59,104 nucleotides of DNA from Octopus sinensis (taxonomy: Eukaryota), in contig NW_021833091.1 in the NCBI RefSeq assembly GCF_006345805.1, positions 1 to 59,104 on the forward strand, written 5' to 3'. The notes below the pieces were generated by a model. The model was not told the origin of the DNA. It saw only the letters and a program-made list of their open reading frames with translations, and did not search any database. The position numbers and the translations under genes were made by a program. Numbering within the stretch: the stretch's first letter is position 1; every line of letters begins with the position of its first letter. Positions 39,854 through 53,000 of this stretch are shown here, one piece after another.

Positions 39854-40012
39854 GTGCATGTATGGATGTATGTCTAAATATATATATACACACACACGAG
39901 TATGCATTTATTTACGTGTATATATATATATGTGTATGTATATATTATTATATATAAATATAGATACACATATATACATACACACACTGACATATATATA
40001 TGTGTGTATATG

Positions 40013-40080
<68 letters not shown>

Positions 40081-40228
40081 TATCTGTAGTGTGTATACGG
40101 AAATCTAATGAATATGGCGGTTCTGTGGATCAGTGATGTGAGTGGTGATGAGGTTGTACTTGCGAGGCTGGTCTGTCGTTATGAGTCGGTGATGGTGAAG
40201 ATAATGTGGATGATGATGATGACGATGG

Positions 40229-40277
<49 letters not shown>

Positions 40278-41195
40278 TGGGGATGTCAATGATGATGCCG
40301 ACGAAAACAAGCAACAGCAATAGCAACAGCAGCAGCAGCAGCAACGGCAGCAACAGCTACAGCAGCAGCATTATTTTGATGATATGAGAATTATTCCAAC
40401 AGCTGTTTTGTTAGTTGTGATGACATCATTTCATAAAAGAGAAGGATGTGTTTTCCCTTCTGTTTTGCGTTATTGGAGGAGGATCTGTATTTTTAACTAA
40501 GTGCCGAAATAGAGTCTAGAAACAATTACAGAACATGCAAGACATGTGAAAAGGTTGTACACAGTCATTCTCAGACAAGTGGGCCTTGATGGAACGGATG
40601 CAAGAGGAGAGATCCTGCTAAACGTAACCTCCATGGTAATGTAAAAACGGGCAATTGATATGATCTAGAAATTTATGTAGAACAGACACCTTTTGGAGTC
40701 GGATCGCAAAGAGTCTTGAACAAACAACAAACAACGCAAAGCAAACGCAACCGTTGATTGGTGCTTTTATGATGATTACGAGGTTAGTGTTAATGTTCTT
40801 GTCCAAACAACTTTTGATCAATTAGCCATCCCCGAAACAAAGACATATCAAGCATGCGCAAATCGTCTTGCTGTTTGCCTAATCGATTGTGTCCTATTTA
40901 TATAAGGCCAAGACGAATATTTTCGAGTTATATCCTTTTCCATATTACTATCATGATATGCAACCGCGGAGGTGACACCCGACTGATGTTGCAGTGGTGT
41001 AGTTGTTTTACCTCATGTCATCTCTCATTCTGTAGATATTTGATTGTAGGTCTTTCACCCATGTTAATTCATCTATTATCCAAACATGCCGGAAACCAAA
41101 GACAAATGTATGCAACGCCAAACCTTTTAAGACGATGCTGTGTGATTGAGGAGACTTGACTGTTATTTCTAACAGATGCAGTAACCATATTGCTA

Positions 41196-41246
<51 letters not shown>

Positions 41247-41520
41247 TATATATGTAATATGATGTGTGTGTGAGTGTGTTGTGTGTGTGTACGAAAATCA
41301 ATATTGATCACTACAATCGTTTCGACCACTCTAGCATCGATTTCTCGCGGGTGGGACACAGTACACCTACTTAAAGGGGTATTTATCTTCTGTCTCTCTC
41401 ATTAATTACATACCCAACAAACATTACATTTGTGAACGTGCTTTACTGGCAAACTACCAGGTCTATAACATAGGATTGATTAAATCGTGCTATATATATA
41501 TATTAGAGTCTATCTTAAAA

Positions 41521-41830
41521 GCGCCTCACTCATAATAATCCACAGGATTAAAGACGGGGGAATGTTGAGAACCAGAAATTGGTGCAGGTGATGTCGTAGT
41601 AATTCCCTGACAACACTTTCAAATTTTCTTTAATGTCATACTCAGAAATGAATCCTACTGCAATATATATGGCCTTCCAACTGCATCGGTCTCCAGTCAG
41701 CGTTTGATCACGTCTTCGTAGTCTCTGTTACAGATCTCTAATGCACGTCTTACAATTTTTGCAATGTTCACTAATAGTGGACCAAGAGTCAAGGTCTCAA
41801 TCTTTTCATATCTAGTGAAAATTATAACAC
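41521..41830 (-). mobile_element. Tc1/mariner (maT/DD37D-like) transposase fragment
   Basis: Minus strand: YEDVIKR*LETDAVGRPYILQ*DS (cf. GRPYVWQQDSAP), then LSGNYYDITCTNFW and HSPVFNPVDYYE*GA (cf. WPPNSPDLNPMDYYVWG). Confidence 0.7.
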
Positions 41831-42859
41831 ATTTAAACGCTTTGCCAATATTCGTACGGCTCTTAGTGCTCTATGATAGCTGACATTTCAAAGCTACAAG
41901 TTTAATCTTGATGCTCTTCAACGCCGTTGACGATTCACTAATATATTAAGATGTTATAAATGTTGTGAAAAGAAATTATCAATAAAATAATAATACTAGG
42001 AAATTTACTAACATGACTATCAAAGAGCATTACCTATGCTAACGAAAAATATTAAGTTAAAACATTACCGTAGGTTGCTTAAGATATTGTACTCAGTGAG
42101 ATATTACAGAAAACACCACCTGTTGTCCGCAATTGGACAGATATAAGTTCAGCGGTTCCTACAACTGGTCAATTATATTTGAACCGAGGTTACAAGGTGA
42201 AACCGTTTCAGTGGATATGTAAATAAAGGGTACGGGGAAGAAGACAAGGATATAAGTGGTACGGAGCCGCTTATGTCCTTCTGCAACTTATCGATATAAC
42301 ATACATGGGGAAAATGGCCAAAAATCTGCCCCTTTTCTACAGCAGAAAGAGTATTTGAACTCTGATTTTTAGCAATGTGGGTGTGTCGGCAATATTTGTC
42401 ACGCTTAGTGACGACTGAATTTGCCTTTATGATATCGCATTGCGTTTAGCTGTTTATATTAATTATATATGAGTGTGTGTGTGTGTGTGCGCGCGCGTGT
42501 ATAGTGAGTGTGACTAAGGGTGCTGAATCACCTACATTGCTAGAAATTCATTGCTAGAGTTCAAATATATGGGTGGGTGGGTGTGCGTGTTTGTTTGTGT
42601 GTTTATCTGGGTATTTGTGTGTCTAAGTGTGTATGTATGTATATATGTATATATGTTTGTAGTGTTTGTGCCCATGTGTATGTGTGCATATCACTGTCGC
42701 TATATCACTCTATCAACCAGTCTATCACGTGTAGTTAAACACCGCTGAACATAATGCACTTCCTTGCATGCTGCATCTTGAGAATGATGCTGTCTTGATG
42801 GTTCGGTAACCACGCCAACATTCTCATTGAACGAAACGCCGTTTCAACGCTAGGTTACC

Positions 42860-43005
42860 CATTTACAGGTGAAAGCCCAGGAGTAACTTGAAATGAAGTG
42901 CTCTTCGTTTTTCTCCAAAACACGACGCACACTTTGTAAGGGAATCGAACCCCTGATCTTGCGATCGCAAGTACAAGGCTATAAAAATTAAGCTACACCT
43001 CTTCA
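42860..43005 (-). mobile_element. SINE family C-like head, degenerate
   Basis: gggaatcgaacccctgatcttgcgatc is a reverse B-box region, preceded by acacgacgcac. Confidence 0.5.
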
Positions 43006-43113
43006 CACATATGCACACACATATACATATACATATATCTGTATATAGTTTGTGTGTGTGTGTGTGTGTGTGTGCGCGTGTGTGTATACATACTTATATG
43101 AATATATGTATAT

Positions 43114-43161
<48 letters not shown>

Positions 43162-43769
43162 TATATATATAATACCGATATGATAAAATATTAAAATATA
43201 TTATATAAAAAATATGTGCAGACAGATGCGTATAATCCATGGCAACAGTTTTCCTATTCCATACTGCAAAGATTCAATGACATGATATATGGCTGATGAA
43301 ACCAATTCCAACACTTCTGAGTATTAATACTGACTTTAATGCCGCCATTCCGCAACAGACTTTAGAAGAAATGAAATGAACAAACAGAAAAACATGTGAA
43401 ATCACAACTATAAGGCGAGTTTAAAAACTATTTATCAAGACTTTTATTTTGAATTTATTCTTCTCCTAGTATGAAATTTATATATTTTTGGCCGTTAATT
43501 ATATTTTATGATTATTGGGTTTTTTTTTTTCTTTTCGAAATTTAAAAAAAATATTTTTCTCCTTTTTTTCTTTCTTCATCGTGTTTTCTTTTTAATTGAT
43601 TTATGTATATTAAAAAAAATGTGTGGCAGATACATTTTTTTTTATATTGTGCTGTGGGGATGGAATTCGCTTTTTCGTTTTTGCTTTTCGGCATTGTAGT
43701 TCATTCGATGAAATGAATTTTTGTTTTCTTTTTAAAAGTCGAGGTGACATAACGTCCACATTGTCATCA

Positions 43770-44966
43770 TGATAATCGTCGACATCGTCATCATCATAAT
43801 CATCATCATCATCGTCATCGTCGTCGTCGTCGTCGTTGTCCTCATCATCATCAGCATGAGTTCCATGGATGCAAACATTGCCATTTGCATTATTACAGTC
43901 AGTGACATCAATTTCGTTATGATCAACTCAATGAAACTCAATGTCACCACTACCACCACCACCACCACCACCACCACCACCACCACCACCACCAATACTT
44001 CCACCATCACCCCCACCATTATCCTCAGCATCAACATCGTCATCGTCGTTGCCAGCCATCTTTTCCTTCTCCAACACTTCCTCCTCAACATCATCATCAT
44101 CGTCTACATTGATACCACCAACGCCGGCGCCGCCGCCACCGGCACCGCCGCCACCGGTACCACCACTACAACCACCAACAACAACAATAGCAGCTGCTAC
44201 TACTAATACTACTACTACAACCACCACCACCACCAACAACAACAGCTGCTGTTACTATTACAACTACTACTACTACAACTACTACCACTACAATCACCAC
44301 CAACAACAACAACAGCTACTGTTACTACTACTACTACTGCTACTACTACTACTATTACAACTACTATTACTACTGCTACTACAGCATCATTCCACTTTCC
44401 TCCAATCTTGCTTCTCGCTCTTTCTCCATCTCTTCATTATCATCATCAGCAGCGGTAGCACCACCACCACCACTACCACCATCAGCATCATCATCATTAC
44501 AAACACCCTCGATTGCAACGTTGTCGCCTTCACCATCTTCCCAATATTATCGTACTCCTCCTACACCTCATCCTCATCATTAAACACATTCCTCTCGCTA
44601 CCATCATCAGATCGCTGGCTCTTTTTAGAAAGAGTATCAACATCATAATTCTCATCGAATACATTGTTATCAGTGACGTCATATAAACGGCGAAATAGCG
44701 TTTGTGATGACGAGGAAGAGAAGGATCATGAAGAGGAAGATGGTCACAACGGAGGCGAAGGAGACAATCATCAGCACCACCATCATCATCATCAACATCA
44801 TCATCATCATCATGATCGTCGTCGTCATTTGCCGAAGTCCGTATATAAGAGAGGGAACTCGTTGTTTCCTCCTCCTCGTCATCATCCTCATCATCATCAT
44901 TACCATCATCATCATCATCATCCTCATCATCATCATCATAATCATCATCCTCATCATCATCATTAC

Positions 44967-45002
<36 letters not shown>

Positions 45003-45185
45003 AATCGTCGTCGTCATAGTCGTTATGAATCTTCATGTTTCATCATCATCATCATCATCATCATGATAATCATCGTCGTCATCGTCGTTATGAATTTTCA
45101 CGTTGTTTCATCATCACCATCATCATCATCATCATCACCATCATAATCGTCGTCGTCATTGTCATTATGAATTTTCACGTTGTTA
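43770..45185. repeat. Low-complexity trinucleotide region (CAT/CAC/CAA/CTA/CGT)
   Basis: Direct reading. It accounts for the poly-P/H/T/D ORFs. Confidence 0.9.
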
Positions 45186-45979
45186 AATGTATTCCTTTGT
45201 TTATTTACTTTATTTATTTATATATTTATTCCTTCGTTTATTTTATTGGGTTTCTTACTTGATGAATTTCAAAATATTTCTGTTTGTACTTGTTTCTCCC
45301 CGTGGTACAGAAAAAGGAAAAAAACATATATATTTGTGTATTTATTTGTATGTCTCATGCACATTTTGTCTCTTGACATAAAGCTGTCCGATCCTTGACA
45401 TTCAGTTACTTTCAAGGGATTCCTAATGTTTGTTTATTTCTCGCTACATTCACTATCGCATACATCTCCTGTTATTTTCATTTTCTCTCGCTATATATGT
45501 ATACTGACAAAGATTTCTCTGTCTTGTCTGTATCTGTTCACTTTGCGAAAACTGTCTCTCTATATCTATCACGTTGTTTATGTACATAAAAGTACCTAAA
45601 TTTAATATTATCGCTTTATCCCTCTTTATAAACATACGAACGCAGGCGCGTACTCAGTGGCACATACACAAACTCAACAAGCATATACCTAGCTAACTAT
45701 ATTTCAGTTCGTATGTCTACTTGGTTATCTGCTTATCTATAACTTTATCAATATCCTTGAATTTATATTAAAATATATATATTATGCATAAGCAGAACCA
45801 CTGAAAGCTTTCATTTAAGATACATGGCGTATTTTATAAATATGCCTGTTCAAGTACCATAATAGCATGAAACTATCAGTACATCTTTCGGTTGTCTATA
45901 TAGTTATATGAGTATGTGTGTGCGTATACATACATATGTACATATACATATTTATATACATACATACATGCATACATAC

Positions 45980-46009
<30 letters not shown>

Positions 46010-46010
<1 letters not shown>

Positions 46011-47638
46011 AAATAGTAAAAAGTGAAAAAACTACAGAAGGCTTGTTTTAAAAGGTTAAAAAATATATATTTGAGTCATTATGTCAGAAGAATGTTATAA
46101 TTGTTTTTCATACAGTGACGATAGTTTTTGAAGAAATTACCGGTTTCGTGTTTAACTTTTCAAATTTCTCAAAACATTGTTATGATTTCGTTAAGAAGTG
46201 TAAAGAGAAGTTCCAGGTAATAAGTGATTTCTTCCGGTGTAAGGGAGATAATCGCTTTATATTTCTTGCCTTTTTTTTTAATGGGGGAATTTCTCTGTAT
46301 AAGAATGCTAGAGTGGTTAAGTTTGGGCTTATATTTTTCAATGAAGAATGTTTCCTTGTTTAGTCTAATTTGTGTTGGTGTTCCAATAGCATATTGGTAA
46401 AATGGAAAGATTAAAAATTGTGGTAGTAGTTGCTTTGCGCATTTCTCAATGTGCTCACTAGAGGGTATCATTCTGTATTCTGGGAATGCAATCTGTTGTC
46501 GATGCAGTGTGCATCTACGTCTGAGTGATAGTCCCGTGGACTCCACGTAGTTTTGGTGGCAGCCCGAGCATCTTATGACATAAATTATGTTTTCAGAGGC
46601 ACAAGTAAATTAGATTTGATCTTGAATTTTTGTCCCTCTTTGAAGAGGAATTCTGATCCTTCTAGAAGGTTTGGGCATGTTGCACAGTTTGGTCTACCAC
46701 ATTTTTTTACTTTTGCATCCGTAATTTCAGAAAGCAATTTTGCCTTTGTGAGAATCTTTTTAAGTGATTTAGGTTGTTTGTAGCTTTTAATGATTTTATG
46801 TATGTTTAGAATTTCCTTTAATTTGGGGTCCTTATGAAGTATTGGTAAATTCTGGGTGATGATGGTGAAGGCTTCTTTGTTTCTGGGGTTGTATGTGGAT
46901 ATGTAAGGCAGTATTTTCGAGGAAGGTGTGTTGTTGTGTTGAACTTTTCTCAAAGTTTCTATGTCGATTTCTGTTGCATGTCTGATCCCATCCTCTATGA
47001 GTTGAGCTGGGTAGTGTCTGTCAATTAGGGTGTTTTTGAGTTCTTGTTGTCTAAAGTTCTTGGTATTTTGTTCTGACACTATTGTGCATATCCTTCTTGG
47101 AAGGTTGAAAGGGATGTTTGTTTTAGTGTGTCTTGGGTGGCATGAATCAAAAAGTAGGTATTGTTTGGCGTCTGTGGCTTTGTAAAAAATGTCTGTTTCT
47201 ATTTTAAGGTTAATTTTTTTAAATAGTATATCTAAGAATGGGAGCTCCTTTTGGTTGTATTCCATTGTAAACTGTATATTTGGGTTGATGCTGTTCAATA
47301 GGTTTTTGAACTTTAGGAGTTTATCTGTGTTTTCATTCTAGAGTATAAAACAATCGTCCAGGAATCGTTTCCAGTTCTCTTTTATGTATTGAGAGAGGGC
47401 ATTTCCAAAGGTTGATAAAGATTCCTAGTAAATAATTATTTCCAGGTAGCCCATTGTTAGGTTCGCTATGACTGGTGCTGCTCTTGTACCAATAGCAATT
47501 CCGGACTTTTGACGGTAAAATGTATTGTCAAACATGAAGTGGTTATTATGTAGGATGAATTCAACCGATTTAGTAATGAATTCTTTACTGATTCTTTTAA
47601 AACAAGCCTTCAGTAGTTTTTTCACTTTTTACTATTTT
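46010..47638 (-). mobile_element. 5'-truncated Penelope-like element (RT C-half, thumb, Cys linker, GIY-YIG), Neptune-like
   Basis: NNHFMFDNTFYRQKSGIAIGTRAAP, WKRFLDDCF (47348-47373), ELPFLDI...YLLFDSCHP, linker CGRPNCATC, then FTCASENIIYVIRCSGCHQNYVESTG...RLNKETFFIEKYKPKLN. Few lesions. 45-bp inverted termini. Confidence 0.92.
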
Positions 47639-47681
47639 CTATATATTCAACCGCGTGCTTTCACACACCAACTTTCTCGCC

Positions 47682-47732
<51 letters not shown>

Positions 47733-47744
47733 ATATATATATAT

Positions 47745-47880
47745 AGTTAATTCAAACAGGAAAACACAAAAAAAAAACAATAAAACACAACAACGCGAGG
47801 ACGTGGAACAAATATAGTATTATTGTACGCTCAGGAAAGAAGGGAAGAAGGTGGGTTTAACGTTTCGAGCGGAGCTCTTC
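47745..47880 (-). mobile_element. Short hammerhead-bearing PLE-terminus-like element, truncated inside the ribozyme motif
   Basis: Reverse complement of 58740-58856. Retains gagc-tcc-gctc GAAAC GTT aaac, but the upstream core is replaced by a SINE-B tail at 47880. Confidence 0.7.
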
Positions 47881-48066
47881 AGTCATTTGACTGTGACCAT
47901 GCTGGAGCGCCGACTTTAGTCGAAGAAATCGACCCCAGTACTTGTTTTTTGTAAGCTTAGTTCTTATTCTCTCGGTATCTTTTGCCGAACCGCTAAGTTA
48001 CGGGTATGTAAACACACCAGCATCTGTTGTCAAGTGATGTTGGAAGGACAAATATAGACACACATT

Positions 48067-48128
<62 letters not shown>

Positions 48129-48176
48129 CTACAGGCTTCTTTCAGTTTCCGTCTACCAAATCCACTCACAAGGCAT
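47880..48176 (-). mobile_element. SINE family B, 3' two-thirds
   Basis: agtcatttgactgtgaccatgctggagc...ccgaaccgctaagttacggg...ggcttctttcagtttccgtctaccaaatccactcacaaggc. Confidence 0.85.
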
Positions 48177-48424
48177 TTTTATATATATAAAAATGTAAGA
48201 TCCAGGGATCGCAGTATAGGAAAAAGGTTTGCTGCTACAAGCTATCAGTAGCAAATATAAAAAACAATTTTCTGGGACAATACTGTTTTATTAAGATGGA
48301 AGGTTGTGGATCTTTTTTTGTTTTTTTTTTCGTATCGAAGAACAAGAAGATGAGAAAGGTTTCCGCTATATTCCACCGTAGGCGACCAGAGTTGCCTGGT
48401 GTACGAACAAGATTAGACGAATTG

Positions 48425-49210
48425 TGGAATGGAGTAAGAAACACCCTGGTTACATATGTTTTGTAGCAAGTGGAACCTCAGAAATGTTAATATCCAAGGG
48501 AGGATCTGTTGATTAGATTAAAAGTTATTGTCGCAAGAAGCTATATTTTGAGGCAAGGAAGATTCAATCAGAACGTGTAGAGAACATAGAATGTGAGGAC
48601 TATATACATATAGGGAGAAATAATTATTAGAAGCAGGGAAGAGAGAAGAAGGCGTGAGAAAGTACTGAGCGGAGATAGGGTTTTGGGGGTGTATGCTGGT
48701 GTTGCTTTGGTGGGTTACGACTAAGAAATTAGCCGTTTTGATATTGTTACAGAAAGAGATGCCGAGGCCGACGTTTTTTAAAAAAGCTTCTTACTCCTTT
48801 TCTAGTTTGTTCGATTATCCGTTTACCAGAATTTTGGATATTGCAGTCAAATAACCTTGTTTAAATTCCTCCCTCCTCTCGCTTATTTTTTTTAATATTT
48901 ATAGTTTCTTCTTATATCTTTCTCCTTTCTTTTATATTTACTTCTTATATTTCCTTCTTTCCTCCTACCTTCTAATACTTATTTCTCCCTACATCTATAT
49001 ACTCCTCTTATACTGTGTTCTCTACACATTCTAATTGAATCTGCTTTGAGTCTACATGTACGTCCTGGTGACAATGTAACCTTTACTCTAATCAATATAT
49101 CCTTCACCTGAAGCATACCCGGCGGTGTACACCTTACTTGGATGTTACCACTTCTGAAGTTTTGCTCACTATGAAACATTTTGCCCGGATGTTTCCTACT
49201 CCATTCCGTA
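48425..49210. repeat. Diverged inverted repeat (arms ~48425-48650 and ~48950-49210)
   Basis: Example: gattcaatcagaacgtgtagagaacatagaatgtgaggactatatacatatagggagaaataa versus the reverse complement of 48978-49040, gattcaattagaatgtgtagagaacacagtataagaggagtatatagatgtagggagaaataa. Confidence 0.85.
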
Positions 49211-49239
49211 ACTCTTGTACACACACACACATATATATA

Positions 49240-49311
<72 letters not shown>

Positions 49312-49396
49312 TATATATATATATATATATACACGCTTACGCACATACACACACATACTTATATATACATGTATATGTACATATACATACATATTT

Positions 49397-49429
<33 letters not shown>

Positions 49430-50049
49430 TATATACACACACACATATATATATGCATATATTGAAATAGATTGGTATATACACACAGATATACATACAT
49501 ATTCACGCACAGATACACGAAGATAAAATCCTTCGCAATATTTGCTCCACGGTTCTGCATGACAAGTTCAAATTTCATCGAATTCTACATTCATTATCGC
49601 TCTCTCAGATTCAACAAGTAACATATTATCCAGTCTTGTTACGGTGTTTGCTCGCCCCAACAGCTACCATGTTTCAGTCATTGGATTGCAGCCAAACTAG
49701 AGAAAGGATCCTCGTTGGTTTGGTCGATCATAGAGACACCTTAATAATTTATGTTGGGGAGTAAGGCATCCACTAGTTTGTAGGAGGCAACGGCGGACAA
49801 GATAAACTCCCTGGTGTAAACATAAACACGAGAAGACATATTATATATAAATATATGCGTCTGCGTGTGTATGTATACATGATTACCATCGTATTGTTGT
49901 TTTGTGGGTTCTACTTCCAACATTAAGAGACTGGGAGGTTATATGCAGACTCACTATAGATGTATATATCTAATGGTCAAAAATGCGCAATCTGAATGTG
50001 ATGTTAGTACTACTCGGCTTTGCCGTGATTAGTATACAGAATTAACAAT

Positions 50050-53000
50050 ATACGTCAACAGCATCTTATCCAGAAGAGACAGTGAATTTTTAAAAACCCT
50101 GAAGATGACTTACATTGTAAGAAATTGTAATGAAAATATGAAAAAGGGAAGAAAAGGAACTTAAAATTTCGTTATTGGTTACAGATCCAGTTTTAATACA
50201 AAACAGCAACCTGAATATTATACTTAAAGTAGATATTCTTTATAAAGCCATAAAATTGTGGTCGTCTCGAGAAAACTTCTCTTTTATATGTTTAATGTAA
50301 AATATATAGAAATTCATTAGTAGCAGACGGAAAGAGTTCATCGGTGGTAGAGGTATTGTTAAATGTGTATTTCTATTTCATTGAGTATCATCAGTAGCAA
50401 GTTTCCGCTAATAACCGCGATGTAGAAAAGCAGTAATAGAAAATTTCTAATATTGGAATTAAGCGAAGAAATGGACTGATACCACAGTTTAGAATGCCCT
50501 CAATATTACGGCTGTTTTATATATGAAATTGAGATTGCAATTTTGAATTAATACTGCGTTCGTCGCTAATAAGCAATTTCTCTTCAGCTTTTCAGCCAAT
50601 TATGACATTGACGATTTTTCTATCATTGTTTTCTATATCAAAAGGTGCCAAATTTGTTTCAACATATAGCTTATCGTAGATACTGGCTCCTGAAGACTCA
50701 CAAAGAAGCAGAAATATGTATTAGCAATGGCACTAAGCTTACTGCAAGTTTTTTTTGTCTGCTATTCATATATGTCTATGTTTTCTAACACTGTCTCTAC
50801 GCAAAGCTTTCTCGTGACCAATACTGCAGTTTTCTGACTTTCAATAATATATCTGCTTTAATATAATATACAGGTTGCAATTGATTTTTAAATATCAATA
50901 ACGGAACATATCTAAAACTTGTAAACTACAACAGCTAATCCTTAAAATATTTGCTATTGCACGTATGTAAAAATAGAAAACCAGATAAGTAAACCACAGA
51001 AAATATTAATAAATAATATAAATAAAATTATCGAAAAATGTTGGACAGAATCCCAGGAGAAACCGATCGAATACCAAATACAAATATCAGTCCAAAATAT
51101 GGAAAAATATATGATCTGTTAACGATATCGACAAATTACTAATTAGAGAATATTTGTGAAATAATATCTACACAACTAATTATACTATACAAACATCATT
51201 TCCTTGACTAATTACATATGATAATATAAATAAAGCATGAAAGCAACTAAGTAAATATATTTTACAGGAATGTGACATTTTTTTAATCTGACAGAACATA
51301 TCGTAGATCACTAACTATCTGAAATATTAGTATTCGTGTCTTCTTACAAACAGGATAGTATCAAAATTAAAAGGAAACCAATCTTCACACAATCTACCAA
51401 TTTCTAGAACATTTCAGCGATAAAATTTTTATACAGATAGACAATCAACATCCTACAATTTATTCAATAGCAAATGATTAAGAAAATTTTACCAACACAA
51501 GAAATAAATACTTAACATGAAACTCAAAGATGCTTTGCATGATTTGAAAAATAACATTGTAATATTTAACAATGGAAAGTGCGATATGTTTGTGATTACG
51601 AATAGAGAGAAATGTATTGCAACAGTTACAATTTTACTAGAGGACAAAAGAGAAATTTATAAAGATTCAGACATAGAGAGAATAAAACTAGATGATTGAC
51701 TTCGCTTGGTATTAACTCTGAATTCTACAAAGTGCCTTGGAGCCAAATTGAGAAGTAATTTGGTCAAAAGGGGAATATCTGTGAATGGGGAGAATTAGAC
51801 CATTATATGGATCACTATCTTGCCATGTTTCTTATTCCCAACCCCTGCGGCAGAAAAGGAATTGCAAAATCTATAAAAATGCAGAGGAATGTATGATTAA
51901 ATGCGGAAATTTTATATTATCATTACACTTCGAACAATCGAAAAAGATAGCAGTACGAAATACATAAATAAATTTTAATAAATTAAACACATCAATGGAC
52001 ATAGGAGTAATATCTCGTTGCAATGTTGAAATGGTTGAAACAATAGAAACTATATCAACTAATGTCTAGAAATATCTAAAAACTCTTCTTACTTTTGGCA
52101 CAAGGCCAACAATTCTGTAGGGAAGAGAAAAGTCAATTACATCGACCCAGGAAGGTTTTGAACTCACAACGTAGAGAGTAGGATAAAACTCCACTAAGCG
52201 AAAGTTTTGCCAGCTCACATCTTACAAATTCTTTCTACAAGAGGTTCAAGGCCATAAATATAGAGTGGTAAGTCGATTGCATGGACCCCAGTGCTCAACT
52301 GGTATTTACTTCATGGACTCTGAAAGAAAAAAATGCAAACCAGCCTCGGCGATATATGAACTCAGAACGTAGAAAGTAATGGAATGCTGTATGAATTTTC
52401 TCCAGCGTGCTAACTATTCTGCAAAATCTCTGCCTTTCCTACTTTACGAATAACCAATAATATAATAATATACATAACTAATATATAGCTAAAATATTGA
52501 AGATATCATTACGATCCTGTACAAGACAAATATACTTTTGCTGTGCACAGTCGTATCATGCAACAGGATTTACCCACAAGGACAATTATAAAATTATCAA
52601 GATGCTATTATGATATATCCCCTCTTATCTTCCCCTTTGAGGAGTTCTGCGAGATTACATGAGACATCAATGTGGTATCAAGGCATGGATGCGGATGATA
52701 TAATCAATATTACACTCACACTCACCAAAAGTTGCCACAAAGTTACATTCCAACAGACATGCTGTTACGAATATAAGATCTAGCAATAAAATAAAATGAC
52801 TTAATTTCTTGATATAAAGAGTTAAATACAAAATAGCACATTTATCACAAGATTCTACACCAGAAGTATAAGCAAAATGTCTATACTTTTGTGAGGACAC
52901 CGAATCTCCACAGAGATACAAAATATCTGTCGACAAATCTCTAGTTAGAAGAACATTTAGATATTCCCCTACGGTCGATGTATAGATAAATATGTCTGCA

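Noticed and set aside
43941-44648. 235-aa poly-Pro/Thr/Leu ORF, and similar ORFs at 36718-37263 and 38552-39172
   Set aside because: Composition is entirely explained by CAC/CAA/CTA/CAT repeats.
44664-45146. His-rich 160-aa ORF with an acidic N-terminal part
   Set aside because: It lies in (CAT)n sequence open in several frames on both strands, with no domain or splice support.
48979-49578. 199-aa minus-strand ORF
   Set aside because: It is a chimera of a TA tract and one arm of the 48.4-49.2 kb inverted repeat. The partner arm does not keep the frame.
50685-50725. cCTGAAGActcacaaagaagcaGAAAtatgta as a hammerhead
   Set aside because: No convincing stem II or stem III pairing.
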